Origin: Adineta vaga
Taxonomy: Eukaryota > Animalia > Rotifera
Assembly: GCA_021613535.1 (NCBI GenBank)
Contig: CP075494.1
Span: 15,128,001-15,192,000, forward strand
Length of the DNA stretch: 64,000 bases
Direction of reading: 5' to 3'
The notes under the pieces were generated by a model. That model was given only the letters and a program-made list of their open reading frames with translations, was not told where the DNA came from and did not search any database. Both the position numbers and the translations under genes were made by a program. This document shows positions 1-12,930 of this stretch, one piece after another (position 1 is the stretch's first letter; each line of letters starts with the position of its first letter).

Positions 1-368
1 TATATATAAGTCCAGGAAATTCTTCATAGTTCATTTAAACACGCACATTGAACTGTGAACCCTGTTTATCTCATGAGATTTTCAATACATAAGAATCTTA
101 ATGACAAAATCAAATTTATCTTTGAAAAAATTTTCTTCGAATATCTTCTTATCCTAGTTTATGTCTTACATGAGAGAAAAGATAATACAGAAAATTCAAT
201 TTCGTCATATATGATTAATCATCCATGTGTTTTTCTTTTTATCACTGTCAATTATTAATTACCGATCATGTTTTTCAATACGGATAGAAAACAAACATAG
301 TCGCAAATTGATTGATCAAGTGAAACAACTTTCGAGTGAATAATCGTTATCATTGGAATAATATAAGA

Positions 369-2340
369 ATGACAAAGACTATATGTTATGTAGAATATTC
401 AGAAGAAGAAGAAAGATATTATAGACAAGATTTGAATTATTTATTTTCATCATTAGATTATTTTTAGTAATATCTCATTAATAATATTCCGACATATTCT
501 ATTGTACATATCGTTCATAAAGTAAAATATGTATTCTCAATGATGATTGGTTACCTGTTCATATCATACCTATTGAAGAAAAGGAGACCTATCAAATACG
601 TATTGGTTGATATGACTAATAACTGATTATATGAATATTTTGTTTGATTGTATAGGAAAATATTTCCTTGATAGAAATTGGATTCAATTGAACGATTAAT
701 GAATTCATCAATGAATAATAAACAAGATGTTACTGAACAAATTCTTTTTTGTCAAAATGGTATTACTAATTTGAACGTATCATCAAAGAAAAACATTCTT
801 ACAGATGTGAATCATATCAAATCAATTGAAGAAACAAAATCTGTCGATGAAAGATTAGTTGTCGATATTCTTTCGAATGAATATCAATATAATACATCAT
901 CATTTGAACTTCATACAGTTCAACAATGTTGTATAGTATCAATAATCTCTCCACGTGCATTTACGATTCAATTAACTCGAAATCTAGTTGAATGTGAAGA
1001 ATTCTATCAAAATATGAAGTAAATACAGATGATTATAATTTCATTATCTTCTAAATTTCTTTTCTTGTTTAGTAATTATTATAATTCAATTGATGATCTT
1101 CAAATTCCTCAAGAATATTTACGTAAAAATCTTCTTTGTGTTACTTATGATGAATCTATTCATTGTTGGAATCGTTCTCAAATTATGGAATATGATTTAT
1201 ATGAAGATACTGTCAATGTTTTCTTTGTTGATTTAAATTCTTGGCAAGAAAATATTTCACGTTCACGTATTCGATTTATTTTAACAAAATATTCTTCTCA
1301 ACCTGTTTATATATTAACATGTCGTTTAGCAGCGATTGATTCATTGCATAATTCCAGTGAATGGACTGATGTAGTAACAAAAACATTTCAAAATGTTATT
1401 CAGCATTGTCAATGTGATGTTGAACCATTATTGAAACGATGTGATAATATGTTTTATGTGAATTTATTTGCCGCACATGATGAAGCATATGTTTGTATTA
1501 ATGATTTTTTAATTCATTGTCAAATGGCAAAACCTGCTGATGATAATATTAATGAAGTAAATTCTGTAAGAACAAAATCAAATTGACTTTCAAGATAAAG
1601 TTAATTTTTCGTTTGTTTGAAGATGATTATGTTCGATGATAATGGACAACCTATGCATGCAATGATGGCACTCTATTGGAAAGCAGAAGTGTAAGTTTAT
1701 TGATAAGAGAGATTTAGCTAAGACGAAAATTGAAATTCTTTTTCTTTAGAACGATATCCGAACCAGAAGTATCTATTAAAAAGCGAGATGATGATCGTCA
1801 ATCGAATGCTTCTACAGCATCTTCGCAAACAAAATATTCATCTCTGATAAGAGTGATTTTCATCAATGAAAAAGATAAAATAATATTTGCAAGATATAAA
1901 TCTTATATTATGTTGCCCTGGTTTACTCTATCAACTATTCTAAATGAAGCAAATGAAGAGAAAATAAAAAGTCTAGTGAGTTCTCTTAGAAAGAATATGT
2001 ATACAACCTTTTTTTCTATTTCCAAGGCGAATAAATTTGGTTTTAAACCAGTTTTTATCGATCCTCTTTCTCATCCTATTCTTTGTTCTCAATTAGTCAA
2101 ATCTATATTTCCAATATCAATATCAACTGAAATTAATCTATATTCTATCGATTGTGTTAGAAAAATTCTTCATGTTTATCATTATCAACATATGGAAATT
2201 TTGCAAGTATTAGATCAAGCACGATTAGCTGAAGCTAGTGGTGATATGACATTTTGGGATAAGTCTTATCAAATAGAAAATATGAATCGACATGAATAGA
2301 GGAACTTATCCATATTGAATTTGCTTTAAGTCTATCTTAG
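369..2340 (+). CDS. Tudor-domain protein (extended Tudor/SN-like), multi-exon; 5' end uncertain, probable frameshifts
   Basis: Exons spanning ORFs 678-1022, 1029-1586 and 1730-2299 give 'VSIISPRAFTIQL...YDESIHCWNRSQI...VNVFFVDLNSWQENI...CRLAAI...WTDVVTKTF...INDFLI', the extended-Tudor pattern. GT-AG introns at ~1019-1072, ~1567-1622 and ~1692-1749. Confidence 0.65.
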
Positions 2341-2440
2341 AAATAGTCATGAATATATTTATTAATTTTTCTCTTTTCAATTATTGTTAACTGTACATAT
2401 AAAAAGAAAGAAAACAAACAAACAACGATAAACATATTAT

Positions 2441-4827
2441 TTACATCTTTATAAGATTTTCTATTTGTGTGTTCGAATTGGAGTAGGAATACCTCGTTTG
2501 ATTAAAGCTCGTTTTCCTGATGGTGTTGTCTAAAGGAATAAATATCACATAGAAATAATTCATATAGGAAGACAAAAACTTGAATAATCATACCGTCATT
2601 GATATTTCAAACCTGTCGTTGTATTTCCTACATTTAAACTATGTGTTGATGTATTTTCAGTTGTATTAACGATTTGATCAATTAGACGACGTTGTTTAAC
2701 AGGTGTAACGATAGCTGAAGAGGTTGTATCTATATTAAAACGTTTTGTTGTTTGTGCTTGTTTAGATTGTGCTCGTGTTTTTAATGTGGAATTATTCAAT
2801 GGAGTTTTACCAGTTGGTAAATGAGGAATACCAGCACGACGAGCAGTAGTTAATGGTGTTCGTAGATTTGGATGTTGATCAGTCTAGAAAAAAAATTGCT
2901 TTCTAATTAGATCGAAAGTCATAATTGAATAAAGAATATTCCTACGCGTTTTGATGCAACATTTGGTGTTCCACTAACGAGTTGTTTCATTTTCAAAGGT
3001 GTTCGTCCAACGATTGTACCAGTAGAAGTCTAGACAACATGCATATTCAATTAGAAATGATTTGAACTTTCTTTCTTTCTTAGTTTACCTTAGCTGCTTC
3101 ACGTTCTCGTTCTTTCGCTTTCGTATAATCGTCTTTTCGTTGTACAATATAATCAGAAATTTCTTTTCCATTTGCACTCATAATAAATACTTGTCCATGA
3201 TTTTTCTCTCGATACTGATCAGCAATATGTTGAAGACGTAATTCACATTCTCGTAATGATGCTTCTAATTTCTTACGAGTTCTATCTTCAGCAAGTGCAC
3301 TATAACCTCGCCGATGAAAACGTTGTGGATCACTGGCATTTTTCTACAAAACATTTCTTTTAAAAATTGTAAGTAGAAAAAAAAGCCGTTCTACTTCGAA
3401 TTCTTGAAATTCTGTAAATAATTCATTCCATGCTTCAATTTGTTCATACATTGAACGATTAACTTCATATTGAGCCTCTAATTCTTGTGCAAGTTCTTCA
3501 TGCATGAAATATATATCTTCTGTAAAATCATCTAAATATTGCGCAAAGAAAAACAACTTAGGAATTTATCTACAAGTTAAAGAAAATGTGAAATACTTGT
3601 ATATAAAACAGCATATTTTGAATCATTTGTAACATCACCAACGGATAATTTATTAAGAATAAGTTGAATACGTTCACGTGCTTTTAATATATCACTGGTT
3701 AATTTTTCCATTGCATGTTCGGTATAACGATCAACTTCGGCAATGAGCTAAATGAAAAGGAAAACGAATTAATATCAAATTTTTGTTTGTTTTCATAAAC
3801 AAAAAATTTACATCTGGTAATTTTGACATGCGACATTGTTTAGTATTTGAAACGACTAAAGCTTTTTCATTGGGTATTAATGATTGATGTTTTCGCATCA
3901 ATGTTGTTAACTGTTTATGTGATTCTTCAAAACAAACTTCAGCTTTTCGTACTTGTTCACTTATCTATTTATGAAAGATTAGTTATTATTCTAGATGAAA
4001 AAGAAATCATGTTTTACTTCAGCAAATTCTTTATCTACTAGTTCAAGAGCTTCTTTTGTTAATGTATACTGATCAATTTGTGTAAGATCTAATGCTAATA
4101 GACGTCCAACCATTGTTTCAGTAGTTGGTCGTTTCCATCCATAGACTTCTTCATATTCATATAATGTACGAACAATATCCGATAAATGATTAATACGTTT
4201 TTTCTACAAGAAATAAATTTTGATAAGATCAATTTTAAATCTCCATGTGATTACTTTTTCTTCACGTAATTCATTGATATGTTCGGATAGAAGACTGATT
4301 TGTGCAACTAATTGTTTGGAATTAAAATTTGAATTTTCAATTTGTAATGAACGTTCATTTAATTCATTACATAATTGTCTTTCTTCTCGACGAATATCCG
4401 GTTCACATTCAAGTAATTTTTCATGTTCTTCTTTTAAACATTTATATTTATCAACATAAGTACGTAAAGCTTGAAGAACAGGCAATGTATTTCCATATAA
4501 TGGACACGTTTTATCTGGATGTAAGTCAGATAAAGTGATTCAAAACGTGAACGTATTGGTGCAAGTTCCGTACGTTTACGTTCAAGTAAAGCTTCATCTT
4601 CTGCTATCATTTCAGTAACCATTTTCTAAAGAAAAAAAAACAAGTTTTCCTTTCCTTTCATTTTAATTATCAGTATATAGTACTTGTAGTTCACGTTTGG
4701 TTTCTTGAATAAGTGAATTTGGATCGTCACCAACATCACTGCATAATTTGATGATTGAATGAATGTTTTGAGAATAAACTTCATTAACAATATCACCCGG
4801 TTGTCGAAGTGAAGACGGCGGTGACAT
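2441..4827 (-). CDS. PRC1: PRC1/MAP65/Ase1 microtubule-bundling protein, multi-exon, apparent 1-nt frameshift near 4530
   Basis: ATG at 4827 (MSPPSSLRQPG). Long coiled-coil exons, then 'WNELFTEFQEFE-KNASDPQRFHRRGYSALAEDRTRKKLEASL', matching the MAP65/Ase1 conserved motif, then a basic TP-rich tail. TAA at 2441. Confidence 0.8.
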
Positions 4828-5400
4828 AATGTAATGAGATTTTTAGTGAAACAATTGATTAAATTAGTTGCAGACGAGATTTATATATATTTTGGTATTG
4901 GCTATATGAACAAAGAGCTCAACTATAAGTGAATTGATATCAATCGAATTAAACCATTTGTCTCTTGATGCAGTAGAGATATTTAAATACATATTTTTCT
5001 TCGTTAAAATCATTTTAATTCTCTTAAAAATCAACGAAATCTTTTCTCAATAGATGGCGCTTATAATCATCTGTTCTACTCTCAATACAGAGAAATACTC
5101 AAAACCTAATACATGACAGTTATATCAAATATGAAGACGATTGCATTGAATAATCCAACGATATAATCATTGATAAATTCCGAAATCATATGTTTTTATT
5201 CATACATTTATTAAGCTTTCAAATGACTCACATCAAGAAACATTTATTTGTAGTTAATCAAAGCTTAAAGTACATATCTTGTTTTTGTATTCATATAATT
5301 TTGATTTGAAGAAAATATATCATTTATCATGATCGATAGATTCTAAAATACAAGACAAAATTTATTTAGATCATTGTGACATGCACTGATAGTAATTACT

Positions 5401-5680
5401 TTAGATACTCATTGTTGGTACTTTCTTATTATAACAGCATGATGATCTATTCCATCTTTGACAAATAAGTATGAGAATAGTAATAGAAATGAACGATATA
5501 AAAACAATTAATACTGCTTCCCATCTTGTATTTTCAATATGTAAAGCTCTATAATCGAAAAAACGAGACAAACGTAGTTTATTACGTACCATTAGACTAA
5601 TAGAAGAAGATAATTCTCTTTTTCAATCTGATAGATAGACAGACATAGATATAACACCATGTGATACGGAATATCATTTA
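5401..5680 (-). CDS. Putative small single-pass membrane protein (possibly frameshifted)
   Basis: ORF 5401-5592 has a clear TM segment 'AVLIVFISFISITILILIC' followed by basic/Cys residues. An upstream in-frame start (MIFRITW...) would need a 1-nt correction in an A-run near 5620. Confidence 0.3.
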
Positions 5681-6148
5681 TAATAAAGATAAGATTATAG
5701 ATAATGTCATTAGGAATATATCTTGATAATCTCTTTAAAGCAATATTAGAAAATAGAAAATTTCTTCTACCGATCATTTCTATTTGTGATTGTATGAATT
5801 ATGAAAACTCTTTATTCATTCTGAATAACAATTGAAGATTTGTGTCAAAATTTTATTTTCTTTTGGGGTTTTTTTCCATCAATATTTTCGTGATATTCCC
5901 TAGTAAATGATAATATCTTGTTTTTTTTCATATTACCGTCTTCTCTTCCGTTCTCTTGTTTTATATATGCCTAAAACATCGTTAACATTTATATTATTTC
6001 AAAGCGATAACTATAAAAAAAAGCAATGAACCATGACGATATATATATACACAGATTGCATCTTTATTACGACTTGATGAGACAGAGAGTGTCATCAGTT
6101 TGTTTTTCTTCTTGAAGAACGTGTATAGACTGTGTCATTTAAGAAACT

Positions 6149-7646
6149 ATGGCGGAGAATTTAACTGAGATGATGCAACGCGAATGGTCTTTAGCTAATA
6201 ATGAGAAAAATAATTACCATGGAAAGTTGAATAATAATCATTCTTGGCATTCACGGCGATTTACACGTAAAATATCTGATCAAAGTAGTGGAAATAATCA
6301 TCACCATCATCAACATCCATTAACAAATGATTATAATGATATATCATCATCATCATCGATACCTCCTGCACGTTTATCGAAGTTTTTCTCTAATCGAACC
6401 AATTCAGATGGAGCATATGATACAGATGGAGCATTTGAATCCTCAAGAAATTCTCTGAGACATCATCATCATCATCATCATCATAGTAGTAGTAATAATT
6501 ATGATTATTTAGTATCACCACGATTACCTGTCCGGCATCAGATGACCCAACCACCAAAATCAATGATTAATGGCTTGAGTCATCATCGTTCCATTAATAA
6601 AGCACAATTTAATTCGAATTCACCTCTTCCTTCTATTCCAGATCATGATGATCGAGATGATGATTCCAATGATGATAGTGATGCTCGTCGTCGACATATT
6701 CGTCTTAGTCGTCGTACACATCGTCCATCTACGATTGGTGGAATACATGATGTACGTCCAAATCGTACAATAACACCATCACAACATGCTGCACCTGTTC
6801 TAAAACCTCTAAGAATAATATTTATGCGTCATAGTGAACGTGCTAATCAAGCACTAGGTCCAGATTGGTTTAATAAAGCATTTCGTACAAATTCATATGT
6901 CGCTTATGACGACAAATTTACCACGTATGTTACCTAAAAGACGATTTGATGAAGCCTTTGCATTCGATGCACCATTAACAGGTAAGAATTTTTATTCATC
7001 GTATTCTTCTAATTTCTATATTTTAGTCAATGGTTTAAATATTGCTCGTCTTACTGGACGTGCTATGCTATCGAATGGTTTAATACCTGATGCATGCCTA
7101 TCATCAACTGCTCTTCGTTGTGTACAAACATGCGAACGAATTTTAACAGGTAATTATTTTGCATAATTCTCTTTGTTTTCGTTCATTTTGTTCATTCTCA
7201 TAGGTATGGATCGTCGTAATCGTATTCCAATTCGAATTGAGCCTGGCCTATTTGAATGTCCTCATTTGAATCATAATATTACCGATAGTTTTATGAGCAA
7301 AAGAGAATTAATGGAAAATAGTTATAATATTAAACATGGATATAAAGCATTAGTTCCAAAAGTTCCTGTACCGGAAACATTAGATGATTATTTTGATCGA
7401 AGCGCTGCTGTTATACATGGTATTATTGATAGATATGGTCATCGTGGTGGAACAGTTCTTATTGTTACACATGCACCAGGTTTATTAGCATTGACTGATG
7501 CATTGAAAGGTGTACGACCAAATATTGAAACATTCTATCGAACTGTATCAACTTATCCACCATTAGCAACCTATTTAGCTGAATATGATGGTACAAAATG
7601 GAGATTTTCAGATCAACCATTCAATATTATTTCAACTGAACAGTAA
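6149..7646 (+). CDS. Histidine phosphatase (PGM superfamily), UBASH3/STS/ecdysteroid-phosphate-phosphatase-like, with His-rich disordered N-terminus; 1-nt frameshift near 6912
   Basis: 'IFMRHSER' (RHG motif), 'NLPRMLPKR', 'DAPLT', 'SSTALRCVQT', 'IRIEPGLFE', 'VLIVTHA'. Introns ~6982-7027 and ~7150-7203. Confidence 0.85.
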
Positions 7647-7998
7647 AATGAACATTAGATGTACTTATTTTTTCAAAAAAAAAGTTTATTTTTCTTTATA
7701 TATAATATACTTCTGATTAACACTTCGTTTCTTTGCATTCGACTCTCATGTATGAACTGATGATATCCTAGAGCCACTATTGGTGTTGAATGAAAAAATC
7801 TTACCTTCATGTTTTTTGTTTTTTCTTAAAAGTCAATAGTGGATGTTTATTAACAATTTGGAAAATAGTGTAGTGGTGATATGCAACCTCTAGAGTAAGT
7901 GAGGTTGTGGTTGAGAGTATGGATGAGATGAGGATAAAAATATCGATTGAATGTTCACACTCAGATCTTGATTTTCATTCTGACTCTCGAGATATATA

Positions 7999-8337
7999 AT
8001 GTATGAACGAATGAGAAAAGAACATTCAGAAAAATCGCTGATCTAGCTCAACGAGAAGAAAAAGCAAAGAAACAGGTAAAAGATTTAAAAATTATGTCAT
8101 TTTGATTTTCATATTGATGAAAAAAGGTCGCGAATAGAGAACAATGAAACATCGAGTTAATAATTTACATGTCACGAATGAAGAACTTCAAGTAGAAAAA
8201 AACTTTTAAATCTTTTTTTTTAATCAATGAATATTTAGACATGGTTACATGATGAACATCAAGTTATTCGATGTTATTTAAGACATCCAAAAAACTTTGA
8301 GACAAATAAAAGTTGCTATTGCTCCCTAATTCATTGA
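7999..8337 (+). pseudogene. Degraded spliced coiled-coil gene fragment
   Basis: Three exon-like blocks bounded by GT..AG (8076-8127, 8192-8239) reading 'MYERMRKEHSEK(I)ADLAQREEKAKKQ', 'MKHRVNNLHVTNEELQ' and 'TWLHDEHQVIR'. Frames are broken by indels or stops. Confidence 0.3.
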
Positions 8338-8845
8338 ACTCTAATGTTTACGATTAAGGACTTATTAACGAGTAAATGTGTGTTCTTTTATTTGTCGATC
8401 ATAAATGAACAGCATTGAAAAATAGTCTTTTAAAAATGATACTTTCAAAGTTTTTCAAAAGGAACCATCCCGAAAAATTTCTAGCCGGAATACGGCTTCT
8501 GGAGCGAATGTAGTAATTCTTAAATATAACTAGGACAAAAATAGAGAATGTAAAACTATGACATCAATCGCTTCATTAAATTGTTTCAATAATAGTTAGT
8601 AGCATTGAACGCATGGTATTTTCATTTGTTAAATGGAATTATCCATATCAGTTAGTATGAAAACAAAAAGGCCAGAACAAATGTTCCTTTCTATAAAGAA
8701 AAGGACAAGTAGAGACAATTATCGATAGATGTCATTTAAACGTAAAGATTTATTGGATTTTTCTTGACGCAATCAGTATATTGCGTTATTCACTGAAGAT
8801 GAAGAATTATTTCTTAATAATATCGAATTTTCTTTCTTAGGAAAA

Positions 8846-9996
8846 ATGAGTGATCAACGTTTTAAATATTATACAGGTTACGAAGTTGATAATGAACCAA
8901 GTGATGATGACGATGATATTCCCTGTAATACAGCAATCACAAATGGACAAAATGGTTCAGATAGGTAAAGAATTTTTAATAGAAAATTGATTTTCTAATG
9001 AAACGTTTGTTTAGTTCGGATGATGAATTTGACCGTCCACTTCGTGAATATGTAGAAAAGACACTGGCACAGACAGACGGGAAGAAAAAATCTACATCGA
9101 CGAGTTCCAATACGTTTGCAAATGAAATGGAAAATGAATTAGATCAAATTTATCATAATTTTATTACACGTGGAACATTTGAATTACCAATATCGAGTAG
9201 GAATTCGTTTGATTTTGTTTTCAGGATATATTGTTTAATATTTGTAGCACAAAAAACAAAAGAAACTAAAACCGTCGCGCTTAATCAAGCAGATGAAGAT
9301 GATAGTGATGATGAACCAAGTACGTGATCAGCTTCTTTTTTATTTAATAAAGTTTTCTCATCGAACAAAAATCTTTTAGATCAACCAGTCGTGAATAATG
9401 ATGAGCAAGAAAAAGTCAATGATGATCTTCTCTATGATCCCGACGAAGAAGAAGAAGATGAAAAATGGATGGCAAAAGAACGACTCAAGTACGTGTGTAC
9501 ATATTCATGGATTCTTAACATAGTCTTTCCTTTTAGATCTCGAGGTGCACAAAATGTCGACAAAATCGATACTTCAGCACTTGGACCGACTGATGCTGTT
9601 CTAAATTGTCCTGGTTGTATGGTCTTAGTTTGTCACGATTGCCAAAGGTAATCTGGATGTTTTTCGTTTTTTATTCTCATTTCTTTCTCTAGACATGAAA
9701 CAAATCGAAATCAATATCGTGCAATGTTTGTATTCAATTGTACAATTGATGAAAATCGTGTTGCGGCGGTTGCAGCCAGTCATAATGAAAAATCTTCCAA
9801 ACAAAAGAAGAAGAAGAATAACAAACGATTTAAAACTGATGATCCAACTTCGGTGAATACTGAAGAAGATGAAGACCAAAAGAATAATCAAGATATTCTA
9901 AGACCAGTATTGTGTAGTGAATGTGGAACAGAGATCGGTGTCTACGAACCCAAAGAAGAATTGTATCATTTTGCCAATGTACTTGCTAGTCATTGA
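8846..9996 (+). CDS. EAPP: E2F-associated phosphoprotein, multi-exon
   Basis: 'DDLLYDPDEEEEDEKW', '[36 protein letters not shown]' and 'PVLCSECGTEIGVY...YHFANVLASH' match the EAPP C-terminal domain. Confidence 0.92.
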
Positions 9997-10337
9997 AGAA
10001 TTTCTATATATTTTTTTGTGTTCCTATTGTTAATATACATTCGCGAATAAACAGCATTTTTTTTTAGAAAGAACGAATTGATGAACTTGAGTTGTCACAT
10101 ACCGAATTCTGATTTTTCGTCAATACATACTTCTCTTATCTATTCGTTCTTTTTCAAAAGCATAAAAAAAATGAGAGAACAGGTATATTGTGAATTGTTG
10201 CCCTCTATCTTTATCTCTAACAAACATGAATCATTGCCGCAATATTATGCTTTAAACTAGTATATCTTCAACACACACATAGCGTCTGTTGTTCTTTTTT
10301 TTATATACATCTTTAGAATTTCAACAGCGTGAAACCA

Positions 10338-11361
10338 ATGATTATACTTGAAGTACATAATCGTATAATTGAAGAATTATTAACCGTACAAATCGAAACA
10401 TTTTTACGTAAAGAAAAGTTAGTTGAAATCAAAACGAATATTGTTGGTAAAGTGAATGATTTGTACATATTTGAAGAAACCTACTCATTTTAATTCAACT
10501 AGATTTTGATGGTGCACTTTATTTTGTTACACAAACACGTGATAGTCCATTTACTGTTAGTATTAAATTGAAATTTTTTCAAGAATTAGAACAATATGGT
10601 ACTGATGAAGTGAGTTGAAACTTGTTTTCTTCTGCGTCTTGTAAAAGAAGACAACTGAAATTTAGATTCTTCGTCGTGAATATGGTGATCTATTAGTTAC
10701 ACCTTTGGAAGGATATAATGCAACATTATCATTTGATATAGCTACCCAATTATCTAAAGGTGAAGCTAATGATGTTTGGTCACCAATAGTTCGAAAAATT
10801 TCAATGCTTAAAAGATATTGTTTTGCGGCTGTATTAGAAAAATATTTCGACTTTCAAAGTAAACAACTACCGGCAACAACGAATCAAAAACGAGCGGTTA
10901 TTCATTATCGTGAAGATGAAACAATGTATGTGAATGCATCATCAGATCGGGTGACCGTCATTTTTTCAACAGTTTTCAAAGATCCCGATGATAATGTTAT
11001 CGGACGAGTTTTTATGGAAGTTCGTTGAATATTGTTTTGATTTCTTGAATATTTTCTTCTATTCAAGGGACTTCGTGAACGAAGACAACAATTTCAACAA
11101 GCCCCACAAGTCATTGTGAGTTATCGAACACCACCCGAAGAGCTAAAAGATATGCCTGATGCTCGTACAGGCGATAACATTGGTTATTTAACTTTTGGTC
11201 TGAATAAATATGTCTTTATTGATCTTTACTTTGTGTTCTTTTTTATATTCGTAGTTCTCTTTCCTCGTCATACAAAAGTCGGAGCACGAGAGAATACAAT
11301 TAATCTGATTTATATTCTTCGAAATTACTTTCACTATCACATCAAATGTTGCAAAGTAAGT

Positions 11362-11395
<34 letters not shown>

Positions 11396-11600
11396 ACATC
11401 ATCTGTTTGAATATTACCAGGCGTATTTACACGCACATATGCGTCAGAAAACAAATGAATTTTTACGACGTCTTCAATTAGCTCGACCAGAAGTAAAGAA
11501 AACATATCGACGTGGTGCTGCTGGTGAGTTTGCAATGCATAAATTTTCGATAAAAAACCCTTTGTTTTGTTTAGGTGATGCAGCGACTGGTTTGGAATGA
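10338..11600 (+). CDS. ARPC2: Arp2/3 complex subunit p34
   Basis: '[13 protein letters not shown]', 'DFDG', '[10 protein letters not shown]...[25 protein letters not shown]', 'LFPRHT', '[18 protein letters not shown]'. Confidence 0.95.
11365..11392. repeat. (TA)n microsatellite in an ARPC2 intron
   Basis: Direct TA dinucleotide run. Confidence 0.9.
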
Positions 11601-11713
11601 TTTTTTTGTCTAAATAATTTGTAATGATTTTTTAGTTTTTCTTCTTCATTATCAATTGATTTACTTACATTTTTATTGATTTTAATACGCACATAGATGA
11701 ATGGTTTGTTCTG

Positions 11714-12414
11714 TTAAATATAACGAATATTTGCATGAAGAAATTCACAATCTCGATATTTTCCTCGCGAATAATTACGAAAACGACATAGACATATAAA
11801 TGGAAAATTATTCTTCAAAGTCAACTTTGTATAGAATATATTAACACAACGAGCAGTTACATTTCGAGTTGCATATTTTACTTGACATTTGATATGACCG
11901 CGTTGTTCGTTATTACATCCATTCAGACCATTTGTAATGAATTCAAAAAGGCCACCGAACCAACCACCCAGGGAAATACCTTTTTATTGCCGAGGGGCAA
12001 AAAAAGGAGTGAAAAATTCATTATGAGAAAAGTATCATTTACCAAGAATGATAATTGTACAATAAGCAATACAATATGAAGTCTTATTAAATTCTCGCTT
12101 TTCGGCGCTTTGAGAAAAAGAATAGGAGATTTTAATTGGCAACGAATATTCAAATCAAATTACCGGTTTAATTTGTTAAGATAAGATGGTGAAGTTTCAT
12201 GTTGACGGATAATTGTTTGCTGTTGAATGATATAGGCAGGTGACCAATTTGTTTCTCGTAAATCTCGATGATTTTGTGTACGTTTTAAGAGATAAGATAT
12301 ATCGTGAAGATCATTAGAAAACGTACGCTTTGATGTTATAGAAGTTGTCTCATATAGAGTAGTATTATGTTTGTTTGATAGTAGAAATGGAGATGAAGAT
12401 TGATAATTAGTCAT
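11714..12414 (-). CDS. Three-exon type II membrane protein with C-terminal 6-Cys EGF-like module (not in ORF track as a whole)
   Basis: Exon 1 12414-~12164; exon 2 ~12108-12043 (AEKREFNKTSYCIAYCTIIIL); exon 3 ~11979-11714 (GISLGGWFGGLFEF...GCNNEQRGHIKCQ...RCVN...FICLCRFRNYSRGKYRDCEFLHANIRYI*). Both GT-AG introns keep the frame. Confidence 0.65.
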
Positions 12415-12930
12415 TTGTTTTTTGTTTATATAAAAGAAAAATAGTATCTTAACAACAAATCGTTACTATGTTCTTTAAGTCAATAATTTTCTAATCAGTA
12501 ATCTGACCTTCGTTAAGACAAAATTGTCACGAACACATCCTACGAACCTGTCAATAACAACAACAAGTTAATCTTTTGAGGAAAAAAAACGATGATTCTC
12601 AGTATGACTTTGTTGATTCTCTTAGTGGAAACTGACAAATTACATTATCGATCTGATATTCATGGTTGATTCAAAAAGAAAATAGATTACATACCACCAG
12701 TACTCGAATCTCATTCATGCGTTCTAACTAGTTCCATCGAAGTGTATAGTGCCCTCTTTCGTATTGATACAATATTTCTTATTACTATTACAGTTCGTTC
12801 GTTCGATTGATGAATTGGTTATCTCTTACTGATCTATGAATCATTTCCACACAATTCCTTCCTTTGTTTGCCTTCTTCTTATCTAGAACACGAAGAAAGG
12901 TAATAACCTTTCATTACAAACGTTTATTCT

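Noticed and set aside
4500-6930. Programmed ribosomal frameshifting in PRC1 or the phosphatase
   Set aside because: No canonical slippery heptamer with a downstream structure is visible at either site, and the regional clustering of indels favours error or decay.
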